A stretch of 64,000 nucleotides of DNA from a bacterium (GTDB taxonomy: Bacteria; Hinthialibacterota; Hinthialibacteria; Hinthialibacterales; Hinthialibacteraceae): NCBI GenBank assembly GCA_963662285.2, contig CAXXMV010000002.1, positions 1,152,001-1,216,000 on the forward strand, written 5' to 3'. Both the position numbers and the translations under genes were made by a program. This document shows positions 20,497 to 31,592 of the stretch, piece after piece (positions within the stretch are counted from its first letter, which is position 1; each line of letters starts with the position of its first letter). The notes under the pieces were generated by a model. That model had not been told where the DNA came from, ran no database searches, and saw only the letters and a program-made list of their open reading frames with translations.

Positions 20497-20756
20497 GTTT
20501 TACCTCTTTATTAGTTCATTTCTCTACGAAAGGGAAATTGATTCGCATGATCTGTTGGGAGATAGATACTAGCTGGAAAAAGGATTATATCTATTAGACG
20601 TATAAACGGAATGGTTTCATTCAAGGATAATGAAAATCAAATATTTATAACATGATTGGATGTCTTGAATAGGTAAAAATTTCACTAGAACTATTGATGT
20701 AAGGCGTTTACCAATGAATATAAATATGGTGTACTGTGTAGGGTAAATTACTAATA

Positions 20757-22127
20757 ATGGAGATGTTGGATACTATGAAAAATAAATTATATTTAATTGG
20801 CTGCGCTCTGGTCGCCGCCTTGGGCGGCTTGCTGTTTGGGTTTGATACGGCGGTAATCTCTGGAACCAAGACAGCGCTGGAGGGCGTGTATCAACTGGGC
20901 AGTTTTGCGCTGGGTTTCACTGTCGCCAGCGCGTTAATTGGAACAATAATCGGTTCCATCGTGGTTGGATGGCCAGCTGACTGGTATGGAAGACGTAATG
21001 TATTGATGGTGATTGGCGTTCTCTATTTCGTCTCGGCGGTGGGAAGCGCTATGGCTTGGGATTGGTACTCATTTCTATTTTTCCGTTTTATCGGAGGAAT
21101 CGGGGTGGGCGGCGCTTCGGTGGTCTCTCCGATGTATATTGCTGAGATTTCACCCGCTAAATACCGTGGGCGGTTGGTGGCGATTACTCAGTTTAATATA
21201 GTGCTGGGCATCCTGTTGGCCTTCTTCTCTAATTACATTATCGCTCAATTCCAACTGGGCGCTATTGAGTGGCGCTGGATGTTCGGGGTTGAGGCGTTTC
21301 CGGCGGTCATGTTTTTATGCTTGCTGTTTCTAACCCCTTACAGTCCGCGCTGGCTGGCCGCAAAAGGCCGGGTGGAAGAAGCGCGGAGCGTACTGACTAA
21401 ACTGAGCGCTGGTGCTGCGGGCGTTGATGAAGAACTTAAGGAAATACAAGATTCCATTGATTTGGCGCATCATAGTATGGCGGAACCATTCTTCTGCAAG
21501 GCGTACTTAAAACCCATTATGCTGGCTGTGGCCATCGCCGCTTTCAATCAACTGTCAGGCATCAACGCGCTGATGTATTACGCGCCGCATATTTTTGAGA
21601 TGGTGGGCGCTGATAAGAATAATGCGTTGCTGCAAACTGTTGCAGTGGGCGGCGCCAATCTGCTGTTTACCATGTTGGCTCTGTTGGTTATTGACCATTT
21701 TGGCCGCAAGAAACTTATGCTGGTCGGCTCGATTGGTTATATCATCAGCCTCAGCACGACCGCCTGGGCTTTCTACCACTATGGGACGGAATTTACCACT
21801 ACCGGCGGCGTGGTGGTGTTGGCCAGCCTCTTGGTTTTCATCGCTTCTCATGCCTTTGGACAAGGGGCGGTTATTTGGGTGTTTATCAGCGAGATTTTCC
21901 CCAACCGGGTTCGCGCCCGTGGTCAGGCGTTGGGCAGTTTCACCCATTGGTTTATGGCGGCGGGGATTTCGTGGACTTTCCCCATGTTCGCTGAACGATC
22001 CGGCGGGCATACCTTCGCCTTTTATGCTGTGATGATGGTTCTCCAACTGTTATGGGTGTTGATGATTATGCCGGAAACCAAGGGTATATCGTTGGAAAAG
22101 ATACAGAAGAAATTGGGGATTCAGTAA
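20757..22127 (+). CDS. Sugar porter family MFS transporter
   Basis: GGLLFGFDTAVISG, YIAEISPAKYRG, QLSGINA, PETKG. Confidence 0.95.
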   Translation: MEMLDTMKNKLYLIGCALVAALGGLLFGFDTAVISGTKTALEGVYQLGSFALGFTVASALIGTIIGSIVVGWPADWYGRRNVLMVIGVLYFVSAVGSAMAWDWYSFLFFRFIGGIGVGGASVVSPMYIAEISPAKYRGRLVAITQFNIVLGILLAFFSNYIIAQFQLGAIEWRWMFGVEAFPAVMFLCLLFLTPYSPRWLAAKGRVEEARSVLTKLSAGAAGVDEELKEIQDSIDLAHHSMAEPFFCKAYLKPIMLAVAIAAFNQLSGINALMYYAPHIFEMVGADKNNALLQTVAVGGANLLFTMLALLVIDHFGRKKLMLVGSIGYIISLSTTAWAFYHYGTEFTTTGGVVVLASLLVFIASHAFGQGAVIWVFISEIFPNRVRARGQALGSFTHWFMAAGISWTFPMFAERSGGHTFAFYAVMMVLQLLWVLMIMPETKGISLEKIQKKLGIQ

Positions 22128-22141
22128 AGGCGGGATTTAGC

Positions 22142-23242
22142 ATGAAATCGTTTGTATCCTCTATTGTGGTTATGCTGATAGCGTGCGGCGGCGTATATGG
22201 CGATCAAGGAATTCCTGATGAGATTGCTTCATTGTTCAATCCTCCGGTGGAATTGCGGGATGATTTCGGCGGTTATAAATCACCCTTAATTTTTAATGAC
22301 GGGCGTCCTGTAACAAACGCGGTTGAATGGCGGGAACGGCGTCAGGAGATATTGGCGTCATGGCATGGCATGATGGGTGCATGGCCGCCCCTGATAGAAA
22401 AGCCTGATATTCAATATCTGGATAAAAAGTCAATTGATAATTTTACCCGTCAGAAAGTGAAAGTTGAAATCGCTCCTGATAAACGCACGATTGACGGCTA
22501 TCTGATGATTCCCCAGGGAAAAGGACCATTCGCCGCCGTCATCGTGGTCTATTATGAACCTGAAACCGGCGCTGGTATGGGTAAGGAGTTACGCGACTTC
22601 GGTTATCAACTGGCTAAACGGGGCATCGCTGCATTGTCGATTGGGATGCAAGCGTCACTCTACTACCCAAGTAAAAGCAACGCCGAGTTGCAGCCGCTTT
22701 CGGCGTTGGCCTATGCGGCGGCCAATAGTTATAACGCACTGGCCGCGCTGCCAGAGATTGACGCTGAACGCATTGGCATTACTGGTCATTCCTATGGCGG
22801 CAAATGGGCTATGTTCGCCTCATGCCTTTATGAGAAATTCGCCTGCGCCGCATGGTCTGATGGCGGCGTGGTGTTTGATGAAACCCGCCCCAATGTGAAT
22901 TATTGGGAACCCTGGTATCTGGGTTATGAATCAGGCGTGACGCGCGAGCCGGGAGTTCCGTCGGATGAGAATCCCCGCACCGGGGCCTACAAACAAATGA
23001 TTGCGGAAGGATATGACCTGCACCAACTCCATGCGCTGATGGCGCCCCGGCCTTTTCTGGTTTCCGGCGGCGCTGAAGATCAACCCAAGCGATGGAAACC
23101 GCTTAATCATGCCATTACGGTTAATGAATTGTTGGGTTGCAAGAACCGGGTGGCCATGAGCAACCGCAAGGGGCACTCGCCTACTCCTGAATCTAATGAG
23201 CAACTTTATTTGTTTTTTGAATATTTTTTGGGGGAACGTTGA
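22142..23242 (+). CDS. Secreted alpha/beta hydrolase (CE15/glucuronoyl esterase-like)
   Basis: GHSYGGK nucleophile elbow; HALMAPRP. Confidence 0.75.
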   Translation: MKSFVSSIVVMLIACGGVYGDQGIPDEIASLFNPPVELRDDFGGYKSPLIFNDGRPVTNAVEWRERRQEILASWHGMMGAWPPLIEKPDIQYLDKKSIDNFTRQKVKVEIAPDKRTIDGYLMIPQGKGPFAAVIVVYYEPETGAGMGKELRDFGYQLAKRGIAALSIGMQASLYYPSKSNAELQPLSALAYAAANSYNALAALPEIDAERIGITGHSYGGKWAMFASCLYEKFACAAWSDGGVVFDETRPNVNYWEPWYLGYESGVTREPGVPSDENPRTGAYKQMIAEGYDLHQLHALMAPRPFLVSGGAEDQPKRWKPLNHAITVNELLGCKNRVAMSNRKGHSPTPESNEQLYLFFEYFLGER

Positions 23243-23270
23243 TGTTGATGGCGCTACGTAAGTTATTCTT

Positions 23271-23304
23271 GGTGGGCTACGCTTTCGCTTTTAGCCCACC
23301 CTAC
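23271..23304. repeat. REP-like palindrome family A
   Basis: GGTGGGCT-ACGCTTTCGCTTTT-AGCCCACC-CTAC (GTAG tag on the minus strand). Confidence 0.8.
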
Positions 23305-23449
23305 GCGTAGGCGCGTTTAATCATGGGTAGCGAAGTATGGGACAAAGCAATTGAAAACTCTCTCAATTCCAACCCACCCTGGCAGCGTGTCCCATCAAAA
23401 CCACTGAAAATCCTGGATATCCAGATTCAGACAAAAACCACCCTCATAA

Positions 23450-25897
23450 TCACTCAAGCGTGTACCACACAACTTCCCCATGCGCCTGGGAGATTTCGTC
23501 TTCGTATGATCCATAGAAATCTGAATTGCTGTCGAGCCATAGGGTGATGCGGTGCATATCTTCCTGCGACAGATCCACTCCATGATGACCCTTGCTTAAC
23601 ATCTGGTATAGTTTTGAAGCGCGGGCGCCGAACTGCCCCGGCGTGGTGCGTGATGTCGGGGTCCAAAGGTCGTATCCCTCTTGCACGGGCATACCGTAAT
23701 GGAAGGCATGACCCATAAGGTTGCGGTAAGAGGTATACCAATGAAACTTATCCCGGGTGAAATCGCCTTTCCGTAAGTCGGGCGCTTTATCCTGATTTTG
23801 CTGGTGGCAGGAGACGCAGTTTTTGTCTAACACCGGTTGCACCAATCGGGGGAAATTGAACGGATTGGTTCCATCAACTTCTGGCGTGATTTCTGATGGC
23901 GCCCGTTGGAACGCCAATGGTTTAATGCTGCTGGGCCGGGCGGATTGATGACGTCTCTCGTGGCAGCCCAGGCAGGTCAGGGTTTCTCCCGGTTGGACGT
24001 AGGTCTCGCTTCTCATGGATTGAACGGCCAATCCGTTTTGGTCGATGGCTTGGAAGAAGACTGGTTTGCTGGCGGGGATATTAAAATAAGCGCTGCCGTC
24101 TTTTTCCACCGGAACTGCGCCCAAGATGGCGCGGGCCAGAGTTTCGCAGCCGTAACCGATCTGAGGATCGTGATGCACGGGAGTGGTTTTAAGGACGATC
24201 TGGTATATGCGCAAGGCTGCGATTTTAGTATTTTTAGGGAAAGGCCGCAGCGAGTTATAGACGTCCATCACGCCAACCTTGGCGTCTTTGCTTTTGTTCT
24301 GTAAATCAGGGCGGTTCGGGGGGAGGCCGATGGCGCTGATATGAGGTACGACGGGCGGCTGCTCCCGCGGCTGTAGGGGTATTGGATTAAGACAGGAGAT
24401 TGCCGGATCATGGTAGATCAATTCCTGGTTGCCGAAGACGTCGATAAGGTAGACGCCGTATTTCCCCTTGCGCTGGTCAGGGCTATAGACGCAGAGATAA
24501 AAATCTTCGCTTAAAGGAAAGGCGGTTGCGTAGTAGTGATGATCTCTCGATCCAACTTCGCACTCGCTGAATCGCGCATAGGGTGTGATGCGCTTCAGTT
24601 GGGACATGGCGCCGTTATCTTCGATCTGTGGATTGATCCTGATCAGCGAACCAAAGGCCTGTCCGTGATGGGAGACCGCAGTAGCTGCCAGCTGGTTAGA
24701 TTGGGGAATAGCGCTCAGGTCGAGTTCCATGTGGGGGCGGATGTCACGTTCATGACCCGGAGTGGGTTTCCATTGAATTGGGAAATTGCCATGCAAGGCG
24801 CGTGGGTCGCGCCCGTCGGGCGTCATAATCCAGGGATGATGGGCTTGGTTATCGCCTCTGTCGATGTAATCCCAGCGGGTATAGATGATCATGCCGTTGT
24901 TATCGATGCTTGGATGCCACTCGTGCAGTTCGTGCGGGCTGATGCAAACTATGTCTGAGCCGTCCTGATTCATGGTATGCAAAGTGTAGTTGGGGCATGG
25001 CCTTGCTCCACTGCAACGCAGATAGCCTCCCCGGCGTTCTGAGGTAAAGACAATCCGGCCATTGGGCATCCAGCAGGGATCGAAATCGTTCCAGGCGCCA
25101 TCGGTTAATTGGGTGAGACTCGTCCCATCCACGTTGACTTTGAAGATATGGAAGGTGCTTTCCTTCGTCCATTGTCCCTGAGATGAATCGGCTTCGGTGA
25201 ATGCGAAGAGGATTTGTTTCCCATCATAAGACAGAGAAGGGGATAGGAAGCCGCCATTCTCCAACCTTCGTCCCTTAAAGCGTCCGTTGGAGCAGACTGA
25301 ATGCTCTAAGACATTTTTTACAATCGGTGAATCAGAGAAGGGATTCTCTAATATATATAGTCCACCCGTCTTATGGGCGTTGAAGCCATAGAACTGATCG
25401 CACATGTGTTCGTCGCCATTAGCGGGATCGCGTTTGATGAATAGGATTTTATCCATAGTCAACAGTGGATTCCTGAAAGTAATCCGGCGTCGTAGTTGGA
25501 TTGCTTCAATGAATAACCGGCGCCGTTCTTGATGATCATTAAGCGCTATAGAACGGCTCTTCTCTTGTAAAAATTCAAGGGATTGTTTTTCGCGACTTAG
25601 ATCAACCTCTCCCTCCAAGCGGCTAAGTAAAGCTCCCATGCGTCGGATTACAACATCTACCGGATCGCGGTCGGTGGGGAAGATCATGGCATTGTGGTCG
25701 GCGGCCTGCTCTAAGAGCATTTGATGTTGGAGCATATAGGCATCATTTTGAGGATCGAATTTATCAATTTTATCTTGAATTTGTTGATATTCTTTTTGGG
25801 GCGTATGATCTGCTAATGAGGCGAGTGGAATCAGGCATAACGAACAATATGTAACTAATATAGGGATTTGAAAGAGAATAGAGCGTTTTAAGATCAT
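23450..25897 (-). CDS. HzsA-related protein (TolB-like propeller + HZS-alpha middle domain, two CxxCH)
   Basis: DFDPCWMPNGRIVFTSER, YTRWDYIDR, VEKDGSAYF..FQAID, CLGCH, CVSCH. Confidence 0.8.
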   Translation of the reverse strand: MILKRSILFQIPILVTYCSLCLIPLASLADHTPQKEYQQIQDKIDKFDPQNDAYMLQHQMLLEQAADHNAMIFPTDRDPVDVVIRRMGALLSRLEGEVDLSREKQSLEFLQEKSRSIALNDHQERRRLFIEAIQLRRRITFRNPLLTMDKILFIKRDPANGDEHMCDQFYGFNAHKTGGLYILENPFSDSPIVKNVLEHSVCSNGRFKGRRLENGGFLSPSLSYDGKQILFAFTEADSSQGQWTKESTFHIFKVNVDGTSLTQLTDGAWNDFDPCWMPNGRIVFTSERRGGYLRCSGARPCPNYTLHTMNQDGSDIVCISPHELHEWHPSIDNNGMIIYTRWDYIDRGDNQAHHPWIMTPDGRDPRALHGNFPIQWKPTPGHERDIRPHMELDLSAIPQSNQLAATAVSHHGQAFGSLIRINPQIEDNGAMSQLKRITPYARFSECEVGSRDHHYYATAFPLSEDFYLCVYSPDQRKGKYGVYLIDVFGNQELIYHDPAISCLNPIPLQPREQPPVVPHISAIGLPPNRPDLQNKSKDAKVGVMDVYNSLRPFPKNTKIAALRIYQIVLKTTPVHHDPQIGYGCETLARAILGAVPVEKDGSAYFNIPASKPVFFQAIDQNGLAVQSMRSETYVQPGETLTCLGCHERRHQSARPSSIKPLAFQRAPSEITPEVDGTNPFNFPRLVQPVLDKNCVSCHQQNQDKAPDLRKGDFTRDKFHWYTSYRNLMGHAFHYGMPVQEGYDLWTPTSRTTPGQFGARASKLYQMLSKGHHGVDLSQEDMHRITLWLDSNSDFYGSYEDEISQAHGEVVWYTLE

Positions 25898-26042
25898 GGG
25901 CTTAACCTTAATCGTGTATTTTTAATAATAACTTATCAGTGTGTTTTAGATAATATACTCTTTATCTTTACGAATAAATATAGGAAGATAGATCAATGAA
26001 CTGTAAGATTTTTTATTTATTATGTTTTCGGGAGAATTAGCG

Positions 26043-26435
26043 ATGGAAGTTTTTGAGCAGCAGCTTGCAAAAATTCTGATCTTGCGGCCTATTGACCGCC
26101 TTGATTCGACTTCTCTGCAAAAATTTTCTGATCATGCCAAGATGAAAATCCAAAATGGCGTCCGCGCTTTGATCTTGGATTTGTCTGAATTGAATTATAT
26201 GAGCAGCGCCGGAATACGGATACTGACCATGATCGATTCGACCATCCAATCATTCAAAGGAAATCTATTGATTTGCGGCTTGAATCCACAAGTCAAAGAA
26301 CTCTTTGAACTCGCCTGTCTTGATCAAGTCTACAAAATATTTCCTGATAAAAAGGTTGCATTAAAGGCCTTGTTAGGGGGGAAAGATATTTCGGCGGTTC
26401 AAGAACAAATTCCAGAAAAACAGATTACTTTATGA
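26043..26435 (+). CDS. STAS anti-sigma factor antagonist
   Basis: LDLSELNYMSSAGIR. Confidence 0.9.
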   Translation: MEVFEQQLAKILILRPIDRLDSTSLQKFSDHAKMKIQNGVRALILDLSELNYMSSAGIRILTMIDSTIQSFKGNLLICGLNPQVKELFELACLDQVYKIFPDKKVALKALLGGKDISAVQEQIPEKQITL

Positions 26436-26451
26436 ATTTATTTGAAATGCT

Positions 26452-27495
26452 ATGGAGTATGCAATGACGGGTCGGGAAAGAGTTTTGGCGGCGATTGAAC
26501 ATCAGGAAACTGATAGAGTTCCTCTGGACTTCTGGGCGGAGGAGCTGGTCTGGACGCGGCTGTTGAAGGATTTAGCTTTGCCTTCTAGAAGAGCGCTGCT
26601 GGAATACTTTAAGATCGACCTGCGCTGGATGGATCATAAATACATCGGGCCGGATTTCTCTGGCAATGATAAAAACTATATCGAAAACATGTGGGGTGAG
26701 CGTTTTTCTCTTGTAGAGGGCAGGGAAAAAATCGCCTGCGGGGGAGCGCTGGATAAGGCGCAAACCTTTGATCAAATTGAAAGCCACCATTGGCCTTCAA
26801 ACGATTGGGTGAGCCTGGATCACCTGAAAGAGCATATTCAACGGGATGAAGAATACGCCATTCTTTATGGTTATGCGGATATCTGGCAACGCGCCGCCAT
26901 GGTTCGCGGTCTGGATAACATGTTTTTTGATATGATCGAGCATCCCGACTGGGTGCATTTTATGACCGGAAAACTGGCCGGTTTTTACCGGGAAGATTGG
27001 ACGCGGGCCATGGAAGCCAGCCAGAGTCGGATCGATATCTTTCTCTTGATCAGCGACCTTGGTTCTCAGAAGGCGCCTATGATGAACATCAATATGTTCC
27101 GGCAATTTATTAAACCGCGTATTGTGGAAATGGCGGAATTGGCGCATTCTTTCGGGAAGAAACTGATGTTTCATTCATGCGGCGCAATTCGTTTGTTCAT
27201 TGATGATTTGATCGGCGCCGGCGTTGATATTCTTAATCCCATCCAGCCATTTTGCCAAGCAATGGCGCCCGCTGAACTCAAATATGATTACGGGGATAGA
27301 CTCTGTTTTCATGGAGGCGTAGACGTCCAAACGGTGTTGCCTAAAGGTACGCCGCAGGAAGTACGCAGGTCTACGCGGCGCCTGATAGATGATATGAAAC
27401 CGGATGGCGGGTTTATTTTATGCCCCAGTCATACGTTGCTGCCGGATGTTCCAACCGATAATATTGCGGCGATGTATGGTGAGGCGCTCAGATAA
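26452..27495 (+). CDS. Uroporphyrinogen decarboxylase/MtaA-family protein
   Basis: MTGRERVLAAI, DRVP, FHSCG, LNPIQ, FHGGVD, GGFILCPSH. Confidence 0.85.
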   Translation: MEYAMTGRERVLAAIEHQETDRVPLDFWAEELVWTRLLKDLALPSRRALLEYFKIDLRWMDHKYIGPDFSGNDKNYIENMWGERFSLVEGREKIACGGALDKAQTFDQIESHHWPSNDWVSLDHLKEHIQRDEEYAILYGYADIWQRAAMVRGLDNMFFDMIEHPDWVHFMTGKLAGFYREDWTRAMEASQSRIDIFLLISDLGSQKAPMMNINMFRQFIKPRIVEMAELAHSFGKKLMFHSCGAIRLFIDDLIGAGVDILNPIQPFCQAMAPAELKYDYGDRLCFHGGVDVQTVLPKGTPQEVRRSTRRLIDDMKPDGGFILCPSHTLLPDVPTDNIAAMYGEALR

Positions 27496-27514
27496 ATTAT
27501 TGATGTTTCCCGCT

Positions 27515-29935
27515 CTACACATAAAAAGTTTCACCATCGCGGCTTTTGCACCATAGGTTTATTGGTTGTTTGATGTTTTGGTCAGCCAGTTCTTTGGGGA
27601 GGTTGCTTTTTTCATCGTAGCATATCCAACCTTCGACTTGACCGAAATCACCTGCGGTGGTTGCTCCCAGCCAGCCGTTTTTGTTATTTAATTTAACTTC
27701 AATTTTCTCTTCGTCCTCTGACACCGTCATCAAGGCGGCGATGCGGGTTTTGCTGGATTTTTCGGAGGTTTCGGCTGTTACGTGCCAATGATTGGCTTTT
27801 TGTTTGTGATAGGCTTCAGGGATGCCTTGGTTGTAGGGCGTGTCGAACTGATCGGTTTGGCTGAGTTTTAAGTCATTGGAACAAGCCAGGGTTACTATTA
27901 ATCCCGCATTGCGGCGGTGGGAGATTATCAGTTTATCCTGGAGTACCATTTTTTCAAAAGCATGAAGCATCCATTGGAACTTACTGGGCGCCGGGGCTTC
28001 AATTTCATCCAGCATCAAGATGACGCCGGGACGCAGCATGATAATTCGCCGAATCCATTTATTAAGTTTACCCATGTAACCCGGCGTCGCGTCTCCGGCT
28101 ACATAGGAATAACCGGGAGCATCCTTGAAATCGATGATGGCGCCTCCAGCGGTAGTGCGAATCTGCTGCCCTTCACCATTAACCAGAATGCAATTGTTGG
28201 CTTTGGTGGAACGGGTCCACAGAGCATGGTGCGGTTTGCCATAGGATGGACCATAATAACCCGATGGAATAGCCAGCGCCGCCCCGCCTTTCATAATAGC
28301 GAAAGCGTTTTGGTCGGCGTGACTATGCGAGACGCTGCCGTAGGGGCTGCTTTTGAAAATGAGGCAGAGGTCGCTTTTTGGTTGTGTTAGGTCGCTATGC
28401 AATCCCGCCCAGCCGACGCTTTTGAATACCCGTGATTGGGGCAGGTCGGAAGGCGGTTTTACTGGCAGTTTATCATCGTGCAGCAGAGCGGTGAAACTGC
28501 TTTTGCCGCCTCTATAACCAGGTATCTGATTAACCCACCAGCCGATGTATGGATCATCATATTTATGAGCATGGAAGGACATCAATTCGGCGTATCCACT
28601 ACCCCCGTGAACGCCAGGGCCTCCAGTTTCAGCCGAATCGCCGAAGGGGCGTATTTCGCCATGATTGGCGGTGCAGTAAAAGAAAAAGTAGCGAATCTTG
28701 TTGAAGAAGGGACGCTGCCAAAGGTTGTAGCCGGTTAATTGGCGCAAACTCTCAAAGGCGGGGATGTAAAAAGAATTGTACCACAGACCGTAAGGAGTTC
28801 CTTCAGCCCATCCACCGTCAATCCCTCCCCAATGGGGGTAAATGGTCAAGAGAGCCTTGAGCGAATAGGTTAACCAGACTTCAGCATCAGGAGTTTCTCC
28901 GGCCATAGCCAGCGACATATCGGTTAGATATGCAATTAAGCGACCTTCGTGACTGTCGCCGGGATTGGTCAGGTAATTGTGTCGCTTCAGGCGGTGGTAG
29001 GTTTGCCAGGCGCGCGCTTTACACATAGTAAAGACTTTTTCCCGTTCCTCATCATTCAAGGCGGGGTAGAGCCAGTCATAAGCGATGTGGGCGCATTTGG
29101 AATATGATAACCCGATTTCGTCGCCCCACCTTGCGCTGACCGAGGTTACGTCGTCATCATCGGTCGGCCAGGATGCAATTTCCAGCAATATCTTTTTAGC
29201 AGCCACTGCATATTTATCTTCTTCGGTTACTAGAAAGGCCAGTGAAAGATTCATCAGAGCGCTATCAATATAGCCGCGGATATATTGAAAATATTTTCCA
29301 TACTCCAAACGCATTGCGCCGGGATCTTTCATAGTGTGATACGTCGGAAATTCAGGGGCGCCTTTGGAGAGCGATCTATCGGCGGACGCTTTACAGGATT
29401 TCCATGATTCAGCGCGTGTGGTGGATAATGAAGCCCGGATGCGTTTCAGGTCAGCCCGTGGATAAAGAATGCGGGAATGCTCTTCAGGGACTCTACCGAG
29501 CAGTTCTTTGGGATCGATCCAGGGCAGTTGGGCTGCTTGGGGCAATATGGTATAGGATTGGCGGCCATGTCGCGCTATTTCGGCGCCTTGCTTATTGAAT
29601 GCTATAACATCCCAGGTGTATTTACCTGAAGAGAAGACGCGATCCGGCAGATGAACCGGATCAGCGCCGACCTTTTGGCTGTATACCTGATTTCCGCCTG
29701 CATCGGATATCTCGACGCGGTAATCCACTGCTGACGGGCAGGGCAGCCAGGCCAATCCGACGGGTGATATTGGCATTTCGGCGCCATCGGTGGGACGAGG
29801 GAAAAGCATACGGCTGGAAGTCTGGGTAAGGAGAAATTTGTCGGATTGAGCCGCTTGGGCATTCATATTGCCCCAGGGTAGAGCGGCGTTTAATCCTAAT
29901 GCTCCAGCGGATTTTATGAAGTTGCGTCGTTTCAT
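27515..29935 (-). CDS. Tat-exported DUF4962/heparinase II-III-like polysaccharide lyase
   Basis: KRRNFIK, GGWAEGTPY, PFGDS, FKSSPYGSVSHSHADQNAF. Confidence 0.85.
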   Translation of the reverse strand: MKRRNFIKSAGALGLNAALPWGNMNAQAAQSDKFLLTQTSSRMLFPRPTDGAEMPISPVGLAWLPCPSAVDYRVEISDAGGNQVYSQKVGADPVHLPDRVFSSGKYTWDVIAFNKQGAEIARHGRQSYTILPQAAQLPWIDPKELLGRVPEEHSRILYPRADLKRIRASLSTTRAESWKSCKASADRSLSKGAPEFPTYHTMKDPGAMRLEYGKYFQYIRGYIDSALMNLSLAFLVTEEDKYAVAAKKILLEIASWPTDDDDVTSVSARWGDEIGLSYSKCAHIAYDWLYPALNDEEREKVFTMCKARAWQTYHRLKRHNYLTNPGDSHEGRLIAYLTDMSLAMAGETPDAEVWLTYSLKALLTIYPHWGGIDGGWAEGTPYGLWYNSFYIPAFESLRQLTGYNLWQRPFFNKIRYFFFYCTANHGEIRPFGDSAETGGPGVHGGSGYAELMSFHAHKYDDPYIGWWVNQIPGYRGGKSSFTALLHDDKLPVKPPSDLPQSRVFKSVGWAGLHSDLTQPKSDLCLIFKSSPYGSVSHSHADQNAFAIMKGGAALAIPSGYYGPSYGKPHHALWTRSTKANNCILVNGEGQQIRTTAGGAIIDFKDAPGYSYVAGDATPGYMGKLNKWIRRIIMLRPGVILMLDEIEAPAPSKFQWMLHAFEKMVLQDKLIISHRRNAGLIVTLACSNDLKLSQTDQFDTPYNQGIPEAYHKQKANHWHVTAETSEKSSKTRIAALMTVSEDEEKIEVKLNNKNGWLGATTAGDFGQVEGWICYDEKSNLPKELADQNIKQPINLWCKSRDGETFYV

Positions 29936-29990
29936 GGCGTTTTCCTCGCGTCGGGTATATTGGTGAGCCGCATTATCCTCCCCCCATCCA

Positions 29991-30016
29991 GTAGGGGCAA
30001 TCCTTCATGGTTGCCC
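29991..30016. repeat. GTAG-type REP-like palindrome
   Basis: GTAGGGGCAATCCTTCATGGTTGCCC. Confidence 0.55.
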
Positions 30017-30054
30017 GGTGTGGAATAACCGCTATGCAATCCCTCCCCCCAAAC

Positions 30055-31561
30055 TGTACAGACCGGGTAGATGGGTAACACATGTTCGGGGACATGGGTT
30101 ACAGTTTTTTATCAAAACCGGGATTTATCCCAGGTTATTGTTTGAGTTTTTTTTTAGGCATCTAGAGATGCTCAGGATAATTGGTTGGCTTAGAGGGAGG
30201 AGGTGAATATTTCACCTCCTGCATTATCCCTCGCACCTCGGATCGGCTATCCCTGGCGGGTTGCACTCCTGCAGCGCCCGCTTCCGTTTCGCCCAACCAA
30301 TTTCTATTGTGACGCCTTTTTCTGGATTGCCAAGTTATCTTCTTTGATTTCATTCAAACGCAGATCGAGCGTCTTGATTTTTTGTCGGCAAAAATATACG
30401 TCCATCATCCCATCGGTCATAGCGGGTTTCAAGGCAACCGGGCATCCTACCAGGGCGCGGCTCACCCGGTAATCTTCACCACGGTACGCCACCCGACCTC
30501 CTTGTTGCACCTTCCTGATAATGCTGCCCGGCGCGTACTCGATATCCGGCAAACTTCCCGGATAAACAAAAGGACTGGACGTATAATGGTTAGCCGGGAC
30601 ATCCATATCCAGGGCTTCGTGAGGACGCTCAAAATTGTATTCATAACGCCACTCATCAAACCGCCTTTGGCAATATTCCAAATCCACAAACGATTCCCTT
30701 ATCAGCAATTCTTGCTTAAAGGTCCGGTGAAATCGCTCGACCTTGCCTTGGGTTTGCGGATGGTAGGGGCGACCGTGATACACGCGAATACCCAATCGTA
30801 TCAGCCATATTGTCAATCTGGTGTATTCGCAGGTTTTGCATCCTCCCCACGGACTTCCGTTATCCATCAACATCGCCCGAGGCATACCATACATCCTGAA
30901 CACGCTTTCCAGGGAGTCTTGCACGGTTTCCCTTTGCTGATTGGCGCACGAAAATAATCCGGGAACAAAGCGCGTGCAATCATCCAGAATGCTGAGCGGA
31001 TAACAGCGTGCTTTGAGCGTGGGAAAATCTCCTTTGAAATCCATTTGCCACAATTCGTTGGGCGTATCTTTTTCAAAACGCTTATAGGCTTTGTGCTTGT
31101 GACTTTCCTTTTCATCCAGCAATCCCAGTCGGCGTAACACGGCAGTAATAGTGCTGGCGCTAGGAACATTTTCGTATCCCAATTGAATCAGACGAGAGCG
31201 AATTTTGCGTCCTCCCCATCCTTTTTCGCGATTTTCTGTAATGGCTTGCTCGATAGACTTATCTGTTTGATGAGGGCAAGTATTGGGTTTTTTGGAACGG
31301 TCTTGGAGATTTTCGACTCCTCCTTCTTTGTACCGTTTGATCCATTTGTAACCCGTCTTACGGCTGATATCAAACCGTTTACATAATTGGCTGATGTTGC
31401 TTTCTTCTTGCTGGCTCAACAATACGAATTCTTTTCTCAGAGACATAAGGTCCACCTCGTTCCAGGGCATATTCTTCGCCTCCTTTCAAGGCTAGAATAC
31501 ACTCAGAAAATGTGTTACCTATGTCCCCGAACACCTGTTACCCATGTCCCAGGCCTTTACA
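30055..31561 (-). mobile_element. IS481-family element, copy 1 (1507 bp)
   Basis: TGT..ACA ends; ~49-bp imperfect IRs with internal TGTTACCCATGTCCC repeats; 5-bp TSD CAAAC. Confidence 0.93.
30304..31470 (-). CDS. IS481-family transposase
   Basis: MPW.., ISRKTGYKW HTH, WQMDFKG, DNGSPW, QTQGKVERFHRT. Confidence 0.95.
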   Translation of the reverse strand: MPWNEVDLMSLRKEFVLLSQQEESNISQLCKRFDISRKTGYKWIKRYKEGGVENLQDRSKKPNTCPHQTDKSIEQAITENREKGWGGRKIRSRLIQLGYENVPSASTITAVLRRLGLLDEKESHKHKAYKRFEKDTPNELWQMDFKGDFPTLKARCYPLSILDDCTRFVPGLFSCANQQRETVQDSLESVFRMYGMPRAMLMDNGSPWGGCKTCEYTRLTIWLIRLGIRVYHGRPYHPQTQGKVERFHRTFKQELLIRESFVDLEYCQRRFDEWRYEYNFERPHEALDMDVPANHYTSSPFVYPGSLPDIEYAPGSIIRKVQQGGRVAYRGEDYRVSRALVGCPVALKPAMTDGMMDVYFCRQKIKTLDLRLNEIKEDNLAIQKKASQ

Positions 31562-31592
31562 CAAACTTGGGGGGGAGGGATTGCTGCAAACT

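Noticed and set aside
23450-25897. Anammox hydrazine synthase
   Set aside because: No hzsB/hzsC or hao-like genes; the context is heterotrophic.
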